The notes under the pieces are model-generated. The model was not told the origin of the DNA. It searched no databases and was given only the letters and a program-made list of their open reading frames with translations. Below, piece after piece: positions 1-9,740 of a DNA stretch of 64,000 nucleotides. A program made the translations under genes and the position numbers. Source of the DNA: Bacillota bacterium. GTDB lineage: Bacteria > Bacillota > Dethiobacteria > DTU022. The stretch spans positions 32,837 through 96,836 of the forward strand of contig JAABTH010000009.1 of assembly GCA_011389985.1 (NCBI GenBank), read 5' to 3'. Position 1 is the first letter of the stretch. Each line of letters starts with the position of its first letter.

Positions 1-603
1 ACTATTGACGATCTTGCCTCTATGCGAACCCATGAAGAAAAGGGGCTTGTAGAAATTGATTTAAAAGGCGAAAGTGTATCTCTGGAAAAGTTTTACGGCA
101 AAAGGACTATAACTTCCGGTTGTGGTAAAGGTACAGTATTTTTCAATGTAATTGATTCTTTACGCAGTAAGCCTTTAACCGGCAAAATGGAGGTTGACAG
201 TGGAAAAATACAAAATATGATGAATGAAATGCAGCAGCGTGCTGAACTATTTAAATTAACAGGCGGCGTACACAGTGCCGCATTGGCTGACAATGAAAAA
301 ATAATCTTATTCTGTGAAGATATCGGGCGTCATAATGCTGTAGATAAAATAATAGGCGAGTGCCTTATCGGTGGAATATCCACTGCCGCTAAATGTTTCA
401 TTTTAAGCGGGCGGATCAGCTCGGAGATATTATTAAAAGCGGCCAAGTTAAAAATAGAATTAATTGTTTCAAGGGCTGCCCCAACCTCGCTGAGCATAGA
501 TTTGGCTCAGAAGTTAAACATTACCCTGGTCGGTTTTGTCCGGGGGCAGAGAATGAATATATATACTCACCACTGGCGTGTTAAAATTTCCAATGGAAAT
601 TAA
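1..603 (+). CDS. fdhD: Formate dehydrogenase accessory sulfurtransferase FdhD, 5'-truncated by the window edge
   Basis: Motifs RTITSGCGKG, TGGVHSAAL, EDIGRHNAVDKIIG, SGRISSEI; frame is open from base 1. Confidence 0.92.
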   Translation, partial: TIDDLASMRTHEEKGLVEIDLKGESVSLEKFYGKRTITSGCGKGTVFFNVIDSLRSKPLTGKMEVDSGKIQNMMNEMQQRAELFKLTGGVHSAALADNEKIILFCEDIGRHNAVDKIIGECLIGGISTAAKCFILSGRISSEILLKAAKLKIELIVSRAAPTSLSIDLAQKLNITLVGFVRGQRMNIYTHHWRVKISNGN

Positions 604-1482
604 CTATGAGGTAATCATTTTGCGAAGCGCATCTTTATCTTTGAGCATATCTTCATTAAGATGCAGTTTTCTGGCATAGACGTTGACCTGATCCAGGTAG
701 AACCCGGTTTGGTATTCTATCATCTCTTTTACAGAAGTCTGCACTTCTTTTAGGAGCGAATCAATTTTTTTATCTTTAATTTTAAAAATATCTACGACAA
801 GATCCAGGTGCAAACAAACTTTGCTATTACCGTTTTTAACTTCTAGATGCAATATTTTTTGCACTCCCGGAGTGCCGGATACAATATATTCTACTAGATC
901 GGTTATGACATGCTCGGCGATATAAAAACTACCCAAAGTGCTGAAAACGGGTCTGACTACAGAGCGTTCAACTGAAATATTCGGTGATTGAGCTGCGGGA
1001 AGGCTGAAAAAGGTGCGCAGTGGCTTTATTATGTAACCGGGAAAATCTTTTTTTATTGCAAACGTGGGCAGGGGTATTACATGTCTGTTAGTTTTTGCCC
1101 TGACTGTCAATGCTGTTTGAATAGATTCAGGGTTAGATATTTCCTCAATATTAAAGTAATAGGTGGGGTGAGCGAGACCAAGGTTTTCAGCAATTACATC
1201 GGTCATGCGGCGTGATGTGCCGATGATCATCAGTTTGCCCGGTTTGATTTCGGCAATTTTATTCCTAACCTGAAGGGCATGCGTTTCATCCTTGAATAGA
1301 GCTCGTTTTATTGCTCCATAACGAGTGTTTTCACGCTTGGCTGAGCGGCCGGCCAAAGCGTGGTTACCTTTGATTAAAAGACCGTCATCAATAAGATATT
1401 CAATATCATATTTTCTGGCCATGATCGGAGCCTGGTGACTTTTACCAGTACCGCTGTGACCTATAAGAGCATATATTTCCAT
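604..1482 (-). CDS. Uncharacterised P-loop protein with a C-terminal Asp23/Gls24-like domain
   Basis: N-terminal Walker A GHSGTGKS; C-terminal ...VKEMIEYQTGFYLDQVNVY resembles Asp23 domains. Confidence 0.7.
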   Translation of the reverse strand: MEIYALIGHSGTGKSHQAPIMARKYDIEYLIDDGLLIKGNHALAGRSAKRENTRYGAIKRALFKDETHALQVRNKIAEIKPGKLMIIGTSRRMTDVIAENLGLAHPTYYFNIEEISNPESIQTALTVRAKTNRHVIPLPTFAIKKDFPGYIIKPLRTFFSLPAAQSPNISVERSVVRPVFSTLGSFYIAEHVITDLVEYIVSGTPGVQKILHLEVKNGNSKVCLHLDLVVDIFKIKDKKIDSLLKEVQTSVKEMIEYQTGFYLDQVNVYARKLHLNEDMLKDKDALRKMITS

Positions 1483-1584
1483 AGAACCACTTCCAGTATT
1501 CTTAATTTAAAAAGCTTGCCGTAAAGGGCAAAACTGTTTTATTATTATACCACAGTTTCATAATTGATAGATCGGGAGCACAAA

Positions 1585-2871
1585 ATGATCATAATTACGA
1601 ATAAACCTAAAAAACTAAGTGGTGAACTTCTGGTGCCGGGTGATAAATCAATAACTCACCGTGCCCTTATTTTTGGTGCACTGGCAAAAGGAACAACCGA
1701 GATAAAAGGGTTTCTTGACTCTGAAGATTGTCGTTCAACCATTAGCTGCCTGAGGGCTCTTGGCGTAATCATCTCTGAAAAACCTGGCAGGCTTGTAGTA
1801 GAAGGGCGTAATAAGATCATGGAGGAGCCTGCCAAAGTGCTTGATGCAGGTAATTCCGGAACAACGGCCAGGCTTATGCTTGGCATTCTGGCCGGGCAGC
1901 ATTTTTCTGCTACCATTACCGGAGATCAATCATTGCAAAAGCGGCCGATGAAAAGAGTGGTCGAACCTCTTAGTCAAATGGGTGTAAATTTCGGAGAAAA
2001 AGTAGAGCATCTCCCTCTTACCGTCAGGGGTGGTGCCCTAAAGAGTATAGATTATAATTCACCCAGGGCCAGTGCTCAGGTTAAATCAGCAGTGCTCATC
2101 GCCGCTCTTTTTGCAGAAGGAAAAACTATTTTTAATGAACCTCATCTCAGCCGCAACCATACCGAATTAATGTTGTCTGCTTTTGGTGCGGAAATTAAGA
2201 GAAGTAAAAACCAGGTACTCTTTGAAGGTGGTCAAAGCTTAAAAGGCCGGCAGATTCATGTTCCAGGAGATATTTCTACTGCTGCATTTTTCATGGTTGC
2301 TGCGGCAATAGTACCCGGCGCTGAAGTGTTTCTTAAGAATGTTGGTATAAACCAAACGCGCACTGGTATTATTGATGTGTTGAAAGAAATGGGAGCAGAT
2401 TTAAAAATTGATAATGAGCGTTTGTGGGGTAGCGAACCGGTAGCCGATATTACTGTAAGGGGGGGCGCCAAGTTACAGGGTATCAAGATTGGTGGAAAAA
2501 TTATTCCGCGTCTGATTGATGAGATTCCCGTGATTGCAGTGGCAGCTGCTGTTGCAGAAGGTAAAACCGTAATAAATGATGCCGGTGAACTCCGCGTAAA
2601 AGAATCAGATCGTATTTCCGCTGTTGTCACACAGTTCACCTCTATGGGTATGGCCATTACTGAAACTGAGGATGGTCTCATTATTGAAGGAGGCAGCAGC
2701 TTAACCGGCGCTGAGGTTGAAAGTAGGGGCGATCATCGTATCGCCATGGCCCTGGCAGTAGCCGGGCTGGCAGCCGAAGGTGAAACCACTATTCATAATG
2801 CGGAGGTTATAAATATCTCTTTTCCCGGTTTTATCCCGGCCTTGCGATCACTTGTCACCGAAAAACAATGA
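1585..2871 (+). CDS. aroA: EPSP synthase
   Basis: VPGDKSITHR, GNSGTTAR, SAQVKSA, RNHTE, LRVKESDRI, DHRIAM; ATG 1585 follows GGGAG. Confidence 0.97.
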   Translation: MIIITNKPKKLSGELLVPGDKSITHRALIFGALAKGTTEIKGFLDSEDCRSTISCLRALGVIISEKPGRLVVEGRNKIMEEPAKVLDAGNSGTTARLMLGILAGQHFSATITGDQSLQKRPMKRVVEPLSQMGVNFGEKVEHLPLTVRGGALKSIDYNSPRASAQVKSAVLIAALFAEGKTIFNEPHLSRNHTELMLSAFGAEIKRSKNQVLFEGGQSLKGRQIHVPGDISTAAFFMVAAAIVPGAEVFLKNVGINQTRTGIIDVLKEMGADLKIDNERLWGSEPVADITVRGGAKLQGIKIGGKIIPRLIDEIPVIAVAAAVAEGKTVINDAGELRVKESDRISAVVTQFTSMGMAITETEDGLIIEGGSSLTGAEVESRGDHRIAMALAVAGLAAEGETTIHNAEVINISFPGFIPALRSLVTEKQ

Positions 2872-2874
2872 AAA

Positions 2875-2903
2875 TTGACGCTCTACTCTGAGCATGTTAA
2901 AAT
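2875..2903 (+). promoter_or_regulatory. sigma-A promoter for the his/aro cluster
   Basis: TTGACG-17 bp-TAAAAT with TGn extension. Confidence 0.7.
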
Positions 2904-2966
2904 ATGGTTGTTCTTTCCAGCTATCCTGCCTGTAATTTATTAGCGCTGCTGAACAGGAGAAGGCCT

Positions 2967-4256
2967 ATGCTCATTTCACTAACATCATACGAACAGTATA
3001 AAAAAAGAGAAGAAACAGTTTCTTTTTCCGATTTCATTAAAGAGAGCAAACAGGTGCGTGAAATTATAGATAGCGTCCGGCATAGAGGCGATAAAGCCCT
3101 TTACGAGTATACACTTAAGTTTGACCAAGCTAACCTTGATTCTCTTATAGTCAGCGAAGAGGAAATGAAAAAGGCGCTTGATGGGGTGTCTCCTGATCTT
3201 TATGATGCTTTAGGCGGAGCTAAGGAAAATATAGAGCGATATCACCGCCATCAAATTAAGGAAGATTGGTGGGATACTGGTTCCGGCTGGCTGACCGGTC
3301 AGCGCATTATACCGCTTCAGGCGGTAGGAGCTTATGTTCCAGGTGGTACCGCAGCTTACCCGTCATCAGTGCTGATGACCGTTCTACCAGCCCGTGTCGC
3401 CGGAGTAAAGAATATTTATATCTGCACGCCGCCGGATAAAAACGGTAATGTTAATGCGGCCACCCTGGCTGCAGCACATTTAGCCGGGGTTTCGGCAATA
3501 TTTAAAATTGGCGGTGCTCAGGCTGTAGCCGCTCTTGCATATGGGACCGAAACTGTTCCAAAAGTACAAAAGATCGTCGGGCCGGGTAATATATATGTTA
3601 CCCTGGCAAAGAAAGAGGTCTTTGGTCAGGTTGGTATCGATATGCTGGCCGGTCCGAGTGAAATAGTTGTAGTTGCCGATGATGGAGCAAACGCTGATTT
3701 TATTGCAGCCGATATGTTGTCACAGGCTGAACATGATCCTCTTTCCCGCTCAATCCTGGTTACTCCATCAGAAAATCTGGCCCACCAGGTTTCAGACAGA
3801 CTTGAAGAGCAGCTCTTAACCCTGCCGCGCCGGGAAATCGCCCGCAAGTCGCTTCAGGAAAGAGGCGCTGTTATACTCGTTTCCAGACTTAAAGAGGCCT
3901 GGTCTGTGGTTAATGAAATAGCGCCGGAACACCTGGAGCTTCATTTGGATGAAGCCTGGCGCCACCTAGGGCATATTACCTGCGCCGGCGCAATCTTTGT
4001 CGGCTCCTATTCACCCGAGCCACTGGGCGACTATTGGGCCGGTTCGAATCACGTTCTTCCCACAGGTGCGGCTGCACGATATGCATCACCGCTCGGTGTA
4101 GAAGATTTTATCAAAAAATCAAGTGTTATATATTACAGCGAAAAAGCGATGAGCAGCGCGGCCGGGTCTATAGCTACCCTGGCCAGGGCTGAAGGGTTGG
4201 AAGCGCATGCCAGGGCAGCGCTGATAAGGAGGAATAAAGATGAATCGCCAGGCTAA
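2967..4256 (+). CDS. hisD: Histidinol dehydrogenase
   Basis: GAYVPGGTAAYPSSVLM, GPGNIYV, IDMLAGPSE, DMLSQAEHD, APEHLEL, GSNHVLPT; ATG 2967 after AGGAG. Confidence 0.97.
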   Translation: MLISLTSYEQYKKREETVSFSDFIKESKQVREIIDSVRHRGDKALYEYTLKFDQANLDSLIVSEEEMKKALDGVSPDLYDALGGAKENIERYHRHQIKEDWWDTGSGWLTGQRIIPLQAVGAYVPGGTAAYPSSVLMTVLPARVAGVKNIYICTPPDKNGNVNAATLAAAHLAGVSAIFKIGGAQAVAALAYGTETVPKVQKIVGPGNIYVTLAKKEVFGQVGIDMLAGPSEIVVVADDGANADFIAADMLSQAEHDPLSRSILVTPSENLAHQVSDRLEEQLLTLPRREIARKSLQERGAVILVSRLKEAWSVVNEIAPEHLELHLDEAWRHLGHITCAGAIFVGSYSPEPLGDYWAGSNHVLPTGAAARYASPLGVEDFIKKSSVIYYSEKAMSSAAGSIATLARAEGLEAHARAALIRRNKDESPG

Positions 4257-4830
4257 AATTGAACGTAAAACTGCGGAAACAGCAATATTATTGGAGTTAA
4301 ATCTGGATGGCAGCGGGGAGGCATCCCTTGATACAAAACTTCCCTTTTTTGAACATATGCTTGAACTGTGGAGTCGCCATGGTTTTTTTGATCTTCACAT
4401 TGATGCTAAAGGTGATCTTGAGGTTGATCCTCATCATCTGGTAGAAGATATTGGTATCTGCCTGGGGCGGGCCTGGAAAGAAGCCCTTGGCGGTAAAGAA
4501 GGGATCAGGCGTTACGGTTACAGCGCGGTACCGATGGATGAAGCCCTGGTTACTGCTGTCATTGATCTTTCCGGGCGGCCCTGGCTTCATTACCAATTTA
4601 CTTTACCGCCCGGTCCTGTTGGATCCCTGGATAGCGAGATTTTCCGTGAATTCTGGCAAGCCTTCGTAAATGAAGGTGGTTTTAACCTGCACCTTTCTTT
4701 GAATCATGGCAGCAATAAGCATCATATTATTGAAGCGTCCTTCAAGGCGGCAGCAAGAGCGCTTAATGAAGCATCGTCGCTGCTCGAAGGTTTCAACGGT
4801 GTTCTTTCTACCAAGGGAAAATTAGAGTGA
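4240..4830 (+). CDS. hisB: Imidazoleglycerol-phosphate dehydratase
   Basis: RKTAET, DPHHLVEDIG, PMDEAL, NKHHIIEASFKA. Confidence 0.97.
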   Translation: MNRQAKIERKTAETAILLELNLDGSGEASLDTKLPFFEHMLELWSRHGFFDLHIDAKGDLEVDPHHLVEDIGICLGRAWKEALGGKEGIRRYGYSAVPMDEALVTAVIDLSGRPWLHYQFTLPPGPVGSLDSEIFREFWQAFVNEGGFNLHLSLNHGSNKHHIIEASFKAAARALNEASSLLEGFNGVLSTKGKLE

Positions 4831-4840
4831 GGTGAGCGTT

Positions 4841-5560
4841 TTGCTGGTTATACCTGCAATTGATATGCGTCGTGGGCGCTGTGTTCGTCTTTACCAGGGC
4901 GATCCCGGCAGAGAAACTGTTTACGGAGATAATCCGGTAGAAGTTGCCCGGCAGTGGGAGCAGTTGGGAGCTAAAATGCTGCACCTTGTCGATCTCGACG
5001 GCGCTTTCACCGGGCTTACCCAAAACTCTAAAATAATAGCGTCAATTGGCGAAGAGGTGCACGTCCCTTTACAGCTTGGCGGTGGAATCCGTTCAAGAGA
5101 AGCTGTAGAAAAGGCCTATTCTGCCGGAATTAGCAGGGTAATCCTGGGTACGCTGGCAATCGAACAGCCTGACCTGGCCCAGGAACTGGCCCGTGATTAT
5201 GGCGACGGCATTCTTGTTGGCATTGATGCCCGCGAAGGTATGGCTGCTGTAAAAGGGTGGACCGAATCTTCCCGGACAGGAATTGTAGAGTTGGCTTCCC
5301 GGATTGAACAGTGGGGCGTTAAGGAAATTATTTACACCGATATCCAAAGAGACGGCACGCTCAAGGGACCTAATCTGGCAGGTCTGGAAATATTACTTGA
5401 CAATACCGGTTTACAGATAATTATGTCCGGGGGTATATCTTCTTTGGATGATCTAGCGTCATTGAAGCCTTACACAGGCAGAGTCAAGGGAGTGATTATC
5501 GGAAAAGCGCTTTACACTAATCAGTTAACCCTACCCGATGCAATGTCGGTTTTTAATTAA
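4841..5560 (+). CDS. hisA: ProFAR isomerase
   Basis: IPAID, HLVDLDGA, GGGIRS, YTDIQRDGT; TTG 4841 lies 6 nt after GAGGTG. Confidence 0.95.
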   Translation: MLVIPAIDMRRGRCVRLYQGDPGRETVYGDNPVEVARQWEQLGAKMLHLVDLDGAFTGLTQNSKIIASIGEEVHVPLQLGGGIRSREAVEKAYSAGISRVILGTLAIEQPDLAQELARDYGDGILVGIDAREGMAAVKGWTESSRTGIVELASRIEQWGVKEIIYTDIQRDGTLKGPNLAGLEILLDNTGLQIIMSGGISSLDDLASLKPYTGRVKGVIIGKALYTNQLTLPDAMSVFN

Positions 5561-5586
5561 TATATTATTTTGACGGAGGTTTCGTT

Positions 5587-5967
5587 GTGACTGAAATTAC
5601 CAGAGATGAAGAGTTAAAACCCTTGCAAACAGGAGAACTTAAATATGATCGAAACGGTCTGATCCCTGCTGTTATTCAGGATCATAAAACCGGTGCTGTT
5701 CTGATGGTTGGTTACATGAACGAGGAAGCGCTTAAGCGGACCCTGGCAAACAGGCGGGTCTGTTTCTGGAGCCGCAGCAGGCAGGAATACTGGGTTAAGG
5801 GGGAAACTTCCGGTAATATATTTGATATGCAATCTATTCATGCCGACTGTGATGCTGATGCACTTTTGGTAAAAGTTATACCTCAGGGTCCTGGTCTGGC
5901 CTGCCATACCGGACGTTATTCATGTTTCTTTAACAGTATTAATAACCCGTACCGGCAGGAGGGTTGA
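5587..5967 (+). CDS. hisI: Phosphoribosyl-AMP cyclohydrolase (monofunctional, no HisE domain)
   Basis: WSRSRQEYWVKGETSG, DCDADALL, ACHTGRYSCF. Confidence 0.93.
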   Translation: MTEITRDEELKPLQTGELKYDRNGLIPAVIQDHKTGAVLMVGYMNEEALKRTLANRRVCFWSRSRQEYWVKGETSGNIFDMQSIHADCDADALLVKVIPQGPGLACHTGRYSCFFNSINNPYRQEG

Positions 5968-5968
5968 A

Positions 5969-6766
5969 ATGATCGATTATCATATCCATACTTCCCGCTG
6001 CTGCCATGCTGTTGGAACCCTGGAACAATACCTTGCGGAAGCAGAAAATAAAAATTTGAAAGAGGCAGGTTTTGCAGATCACTTTCCCCTGGGTCTGCTT
6101 GACTATATACCGCGGACCCAGGTTACAATGAACCCGGAAGAGTTAGAGCAATATATTGAACAGGTTGAAGCTCTTAAGAGTAATTTCCCTGCCGTGCGGG
6201 TAAAACTGGGCATAGAAGTTGATTACCTGCCCGGAACAGAAAAGAAACTGGAACATCTCTTAAAGCAGTACCCCTTTGATTTTGTAATAGGTTCTATTCA
6301 TTTTATGCAGAACTGGGATTTTACCCATCCCGTTTACGCCAATACATATAAAGAGAGAAATATTGGAGAACTCTATCGTAGTTATTTTGATCTTGTTAAA
6401 AATTTATGTGAAAGCGGTCTCTTCGATATCATCGGGCACCTGGATGTAATTAAAAAATTCGGGTATCGCCCGGAAAATGATCTGGAACCACTTTGGTGTG
6501 AAATTGCAGAGATAATGAAAAGAAACGGTATCTGCTTTGAGCTAAATACCGCCGGTCGTGATGCTCCTGTAGGTGATTTCTATCCTGACAGAGGTCTGCT
6601 CAAAATTTGCCATCAAAAAAATGTTCCCGTTACCCTGGGTTCTGATGCGCACAGTCCCGATCAGGTCGGCCGCTATTTTCCCGAAGCTTTGGAACTGCTT
6701 AAATCAGTAGGCTACCAAAAGTTAGCAGCATTCAACCGGCGAACTATTAGTGCTGTGCATTTATAG
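5969..6766 (+). CDS. hisK: PHP-family histidinol-phosphatase (HisK/HisJ family)
   Basis: DYHIHT, DHFP, GHLDVIKK, GSDAHSP; located in the his cluster. Confidence 0.85.
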   Translation: MIDYHIHTSRCCHAVGTLEQYLAEAENKNLKEAGFADHFPLGLLDYIPRTQVTMNPEELEQYIEQVEALKSNFPAVRVKLGIEVDYLPGTEKKLEHLLKQYPFDFVIGSIHFMQNWDFTHPVYANTYKERNIGELYRSYFDLVKNLCESGLFDIIGHLDVIKKFGYRPENDLEPLWCEIAEIMKRNGICFELNTAGRDAPVGDFYPDRGLLKICHQKNVPVTLGSDAHSPDQVGRYFPEALELLKSVGYQKLAAFNRRTISAVHL

Positions 6767-6803
6767 CTTTTATGAATTCAGATAAGATATTGGAGGAGTT
6801 GGC

Positions 6804-7283
6804 ATGTCTGACTTATACTCAAACCGGATTGATACGCCAAAAGGCGTATTTTTATTCCTTTTCAGCGATGCCGGAATTTATGAAATATATTTTCCCGGTT
6901 CAGAACCGGAAAAAGAATACCCGCATCGGTCCCTGCCCTGGCCTGAACTGGGCCGGGATTTTGTTCGTTATCTTCAGGGTGAAATTATAGAATGGAGCAG
7001 ATATCCACTCGATTGCAGCGGGTATCCGCCTTTTATTGCAGCAGTCCTTGAGGAAGTGCGCCGTATCCCGTATGGTGAAGTTATTACCTATCGTCAGGCG
7101 GCTGAGAAAGCCGGTTCACCCCTTGCATGGCGGGCGGCCGGCCAGGCTTTAAAAACTAACCGTCATCCTGTAATAGTCCCCTGCCACCGTGTCGTAGGCA
7201 GCAGCGGTAAACTTGGCGGCTTCAGCGGCCCGCCCGGTTGGAAAAAAATGCTTCTCGATCTGGAGGGAGTAACTGAGATATAA
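6804..7283 (+). CDS. ogt: Methylated-DNA--protein-cysteine methyltransferase
   Basis: IPYGEVITY, RAAGQA, active-site PCHRVV. Confidence 0.92.
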   Translation: MSDLYSNRIDTPKGVFLFLFSDAGIYEIYFPGSEPEKEYPHRSLPWPELGRDFVRYLQGEIIEWSRYPLDCSGYPPFIAAVLEEVRRIPYGEVITYRQAAEKAGSPLAWRAAGQALKTNRHPVIVPCHRVVGSSGKLGGFSGPPGWKKMLLDLEGVTEI

Positions 7284-7393
7284 GGTATCCTTAATGAGCT
7301 GATGTCTGAATACGGGCATAAATAACATTTCTGGTCTGGTTTTAATTTACAAGACCTGTTAAAACATAATTTTGAAAGTGGGAGTTGATTTCA

Positions 7394-8560
7394 ATGCGCT
7401 ACCTTTCCGGAGGAGAATCGCATGGTCCCTGTCTTACAGCAATCATTGAAGGATTACCGGCCGGCCTGGTGCTTTATGCAAACGATATAAATTACCAGCT
7501 AAAACGTCGCCAGCAGGGTTACGGACGCGGGGCAAGAATGGCTATCGAAAAAGACCGGGTAGAATTTATCTCCGGCTTGCGTTTTAATAAAACTCTTGGC
7601 AGCCCCCTGTCCATCCTGATTAAAAACAGGGATTGGGATAACTGGAAAGAGACAATGGCGCCGGAAGGTAAAATTCCCGCTGATCTGGAAAAACTGACCC
7701 GCCCCCGTCCCGGCCATGCTGATTTGGCCGGCGGATTGAAATATAACCATGATGATCTGAGAGATATACTTGAACGTTCCAGTGCCCGTGAAACTGCCAT
7801 GAGAGTGGCGGTTGGAACAGTTGGTCGCCTTTTACTGGAGAAGTTTGGTATCGCCCTATTCAGTCATGTCACCCGCATTGGTTCTGCTGTGTCTGAAATT
7901 AGCGCAGATAAACTGCCGGATTTGGTCGAGCTGACCGAAAACTCGTCTGTGCGATCTGCTGACAGCGAAGCAGAAAAGAAAATGATTGAGGAAATTGATA
8001 AAGCCCGTAAAGATGGTGACACCCTGGGGGGAGTAATCGAACTATATATTACCGGCTTGCCACCAGGGCTTGGCAGCCATGTTCACCCCGATCGTCGCAT
8101 CGATGGTCGCCTTGCAGGTGCTTTAATGAGCATACAGGCGATTAAAGGTGTTGAAATTGGCGCCGGTTTTAAAGCCTCGGCAGGGCGTGGTTCTGAAATT
8201 CACGATCCTATAGTAAAAGATAAAAAAGGCAGAATAAGCCGATCTCAAAACAGGGCAGGAGGCATAGAGGGAGGTATTAGCAACGGCCAGCCACTAATGA
8301 TCAGGTTGGCCATGAAGCCAATTCCGACCTTAACCAGCCCTTTGCCCAGTGTCGACTGGTTAACAGGTCTTGATGCTCCCGGAGCGGCCGAAAGGTCTGA
8401 TGTTTGTGCCGTTCCAGCCGCTGCAGTGGTGGCCGAAGCAGTCGCCGGCTGGGAAATCGCCTGTGCATTTCGTGAAAAATTCGCCGGTGATTTCATTGAA
8501 GAAGTTGAATCTGCTTACCATTTCTACATGGATAAAGTAAGCTTCAGGTTAAACAGATAG
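7394..8560 (+). CDS. aroC: Chorismate synthase
   Basis: GESHGP, RPGHADLAG, ERSSARETA, GGIEGGISNG, RSDVCAVPAA. Confidence 0.97.
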   Translation: MRYLSGGESHGPCLTAIIEGLPAGLVLYANDINYQLKRRQQGYGRGARMAIEKDRVEFISGLRFNKTLGSPLSILIKNRDWDNWKETMAPEGKIPADLEKLTRPRPGHADLAGGLKYNHDDLRDILERSSARETAMRVAVGTVGRLLLEKFGIALFSHVTRIGSAVSEISADKLPDLVELTENSSVRSADSEAEKKMIEEIDKARKDGDTLGGVIELYITGLPPGLGSHVHPDRRIDGRLAGALMSIQAIKGVEIGAGFKASAGRGSEIHDPIVKDKKGRISRSQNRAGGIEGGISNGQPLMIRLAMKPIPTLTSPLPSVDWLTGLDAPGAAERSDVCAVPAAAVVAEAVAGWEIACAFREKFAGDFIEEVESAYHFYMDKVSFRLNR

Positions 8561-8630
8561 AGAAATAAATTTATTTATGGCATCTGGAATAAATATTATA
8601 AATTGGATCAATAGATCAGGGGAGAGATAA

Positions 8631-9725
8631 ATGAAGGGCAGGGAGATTAAAGTAAAAACAGCGGGTTTTACCTATCCTGTGTTAATCGAAACAGGTTCCC
8701 TTAATGATACAGGCAAAAAATTGAACATGCTATTTCCTTCATCCAGGGCTCTTTTAGTCAGCGACACTAAGGTTTATTCTCTTTTCGGTGAAAAAGTTAT
8801 AAAAGCGCTCAATTCTGAAAACTGGCAGGTGTCGACAATTATAATCCGGCCCGGTGAGCGATCGAAAACATTAGCCGGAGCTTCCCGAATATATGATGCT
8901 GCCCTGGCAGCTGAGCTGGATCGCAATTCACCTGTCATTGCTTTAGGTGGTGGGGTAGTAGGTGATTTGGCCGGTTTTGCCGCTTCAACTTTTTTACGCG
9001 GTGTGCCGCTTATTATGCTGCCTACTACACTGCTGGCCCAGGTAGACAGCAGTGTGGGAGGTAAAGTCGCTGTAAATCACCCCTCGGGTAAAAACATAAT
9101 AGGTTCAATCTATCCTCCACGAATTGTCATTATTGATCCTGATACATTAGAAACTCTCGATGTCCGCCAGAGAAAAGCCGGTCTGGCTGAAATTATTAAA
9201 TATGGTATTATAGTAAACGATGATTTTTTCAAATGGCTGGAAAGCAGAATTTCTGACTTACTTCTCGGGAAAAGTAATTTACTGGCTGAAGCAGTTTATC
9301 TATCGCTTAAAGCCAAGGCAATGGTTGTAGAAAAAGACGAGCATGAAACAGATTACAGGAGAATATTGAACTTTGGACATACAGTAGGCCATGCTCTTGA
9401 AGCCGCAACTTCTTACCGCTATTATCTGCACGGAGAAGCTGTATTAATCGGCATGATTGTTGCTTCGCAGATTGCCAATGAGCTTAATCTACTCGGAGAT
9501 GATGAAACTGCGCGAATCAGGCATTTAATTGAGAAAGTAGGGATGAAAAAACCTCCGGCTGGCTTGACTGCCGCTGCAGTAATCGATAAACTAAGGCAAG
9601 ATAAAAAGAGACGGGGCAACGATTTAATCTTTGTACTACCCACACAAATCGGCAGAGTTGAGATTATCCCCGTTAACGATCATAAGCTGATTGAAAGAGC
9701 TGTCCGAAGATACCTGGGCCAATAA
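8631..9725 (+). CDS. aroB: 3-dehydroquinate synthase
   Basis: GGGVVGDLAGF, PTTLLAQVDSSVGGK, LNFGHTVGHALE, LHGEAV. Confidence 0.97.
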   Translation: MKGREIKVKTAGFTYPVLIETGSLNDTGKKLNMLFPSSRALLVSDTKVYSLFGEKVIKALNSENWQVSTIIIRPGERSKTLAGASRIYDAALAAELDRNSPVIALGGGVVGDLAGFAASTFLRGVPLIMLPTTLLAQVDSSVGGKVAVNHPSGKNIIGSIYPPRIVIIDPDTLETLDVRQRKAGLAEIIKYGIIVNDDFFKWLESRISDLLLGKSNLLAEAVYLSLKAKAMVVEKDEHETDYRRILNFGHTVGHALEAATSYRYYLHGEAVLIGMIVASQIANELNLLGDDETARIRHLIEKVGMKKPPAGLTAAAVIDKLRQDKKRRGNDLIFVLPTQIGRVEIIPVNDHKLIERAVRRYLGQ

Positions 9726-9740
9726 AGGGGAAGAAAATTT

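Noticed and set aside
2904-2966. Possible his leader peptide from ATG 2904
   Set aside because: It is in frame with hisD, has no His codons, and begins at the -10 edge, so it is probably not transcribed
6772-6990. 72-aa plus-strand ORF overlapping ogt
   Set aside because: ogt in another frame has a strong SD (GGAGGAG) and clear motifs
8563-8576. Perfect palindrome AAATAAATTTATTT between aroC and aroB
   Set aside because: A/T-only in an AT-rich gap, single occurrence, likely chance
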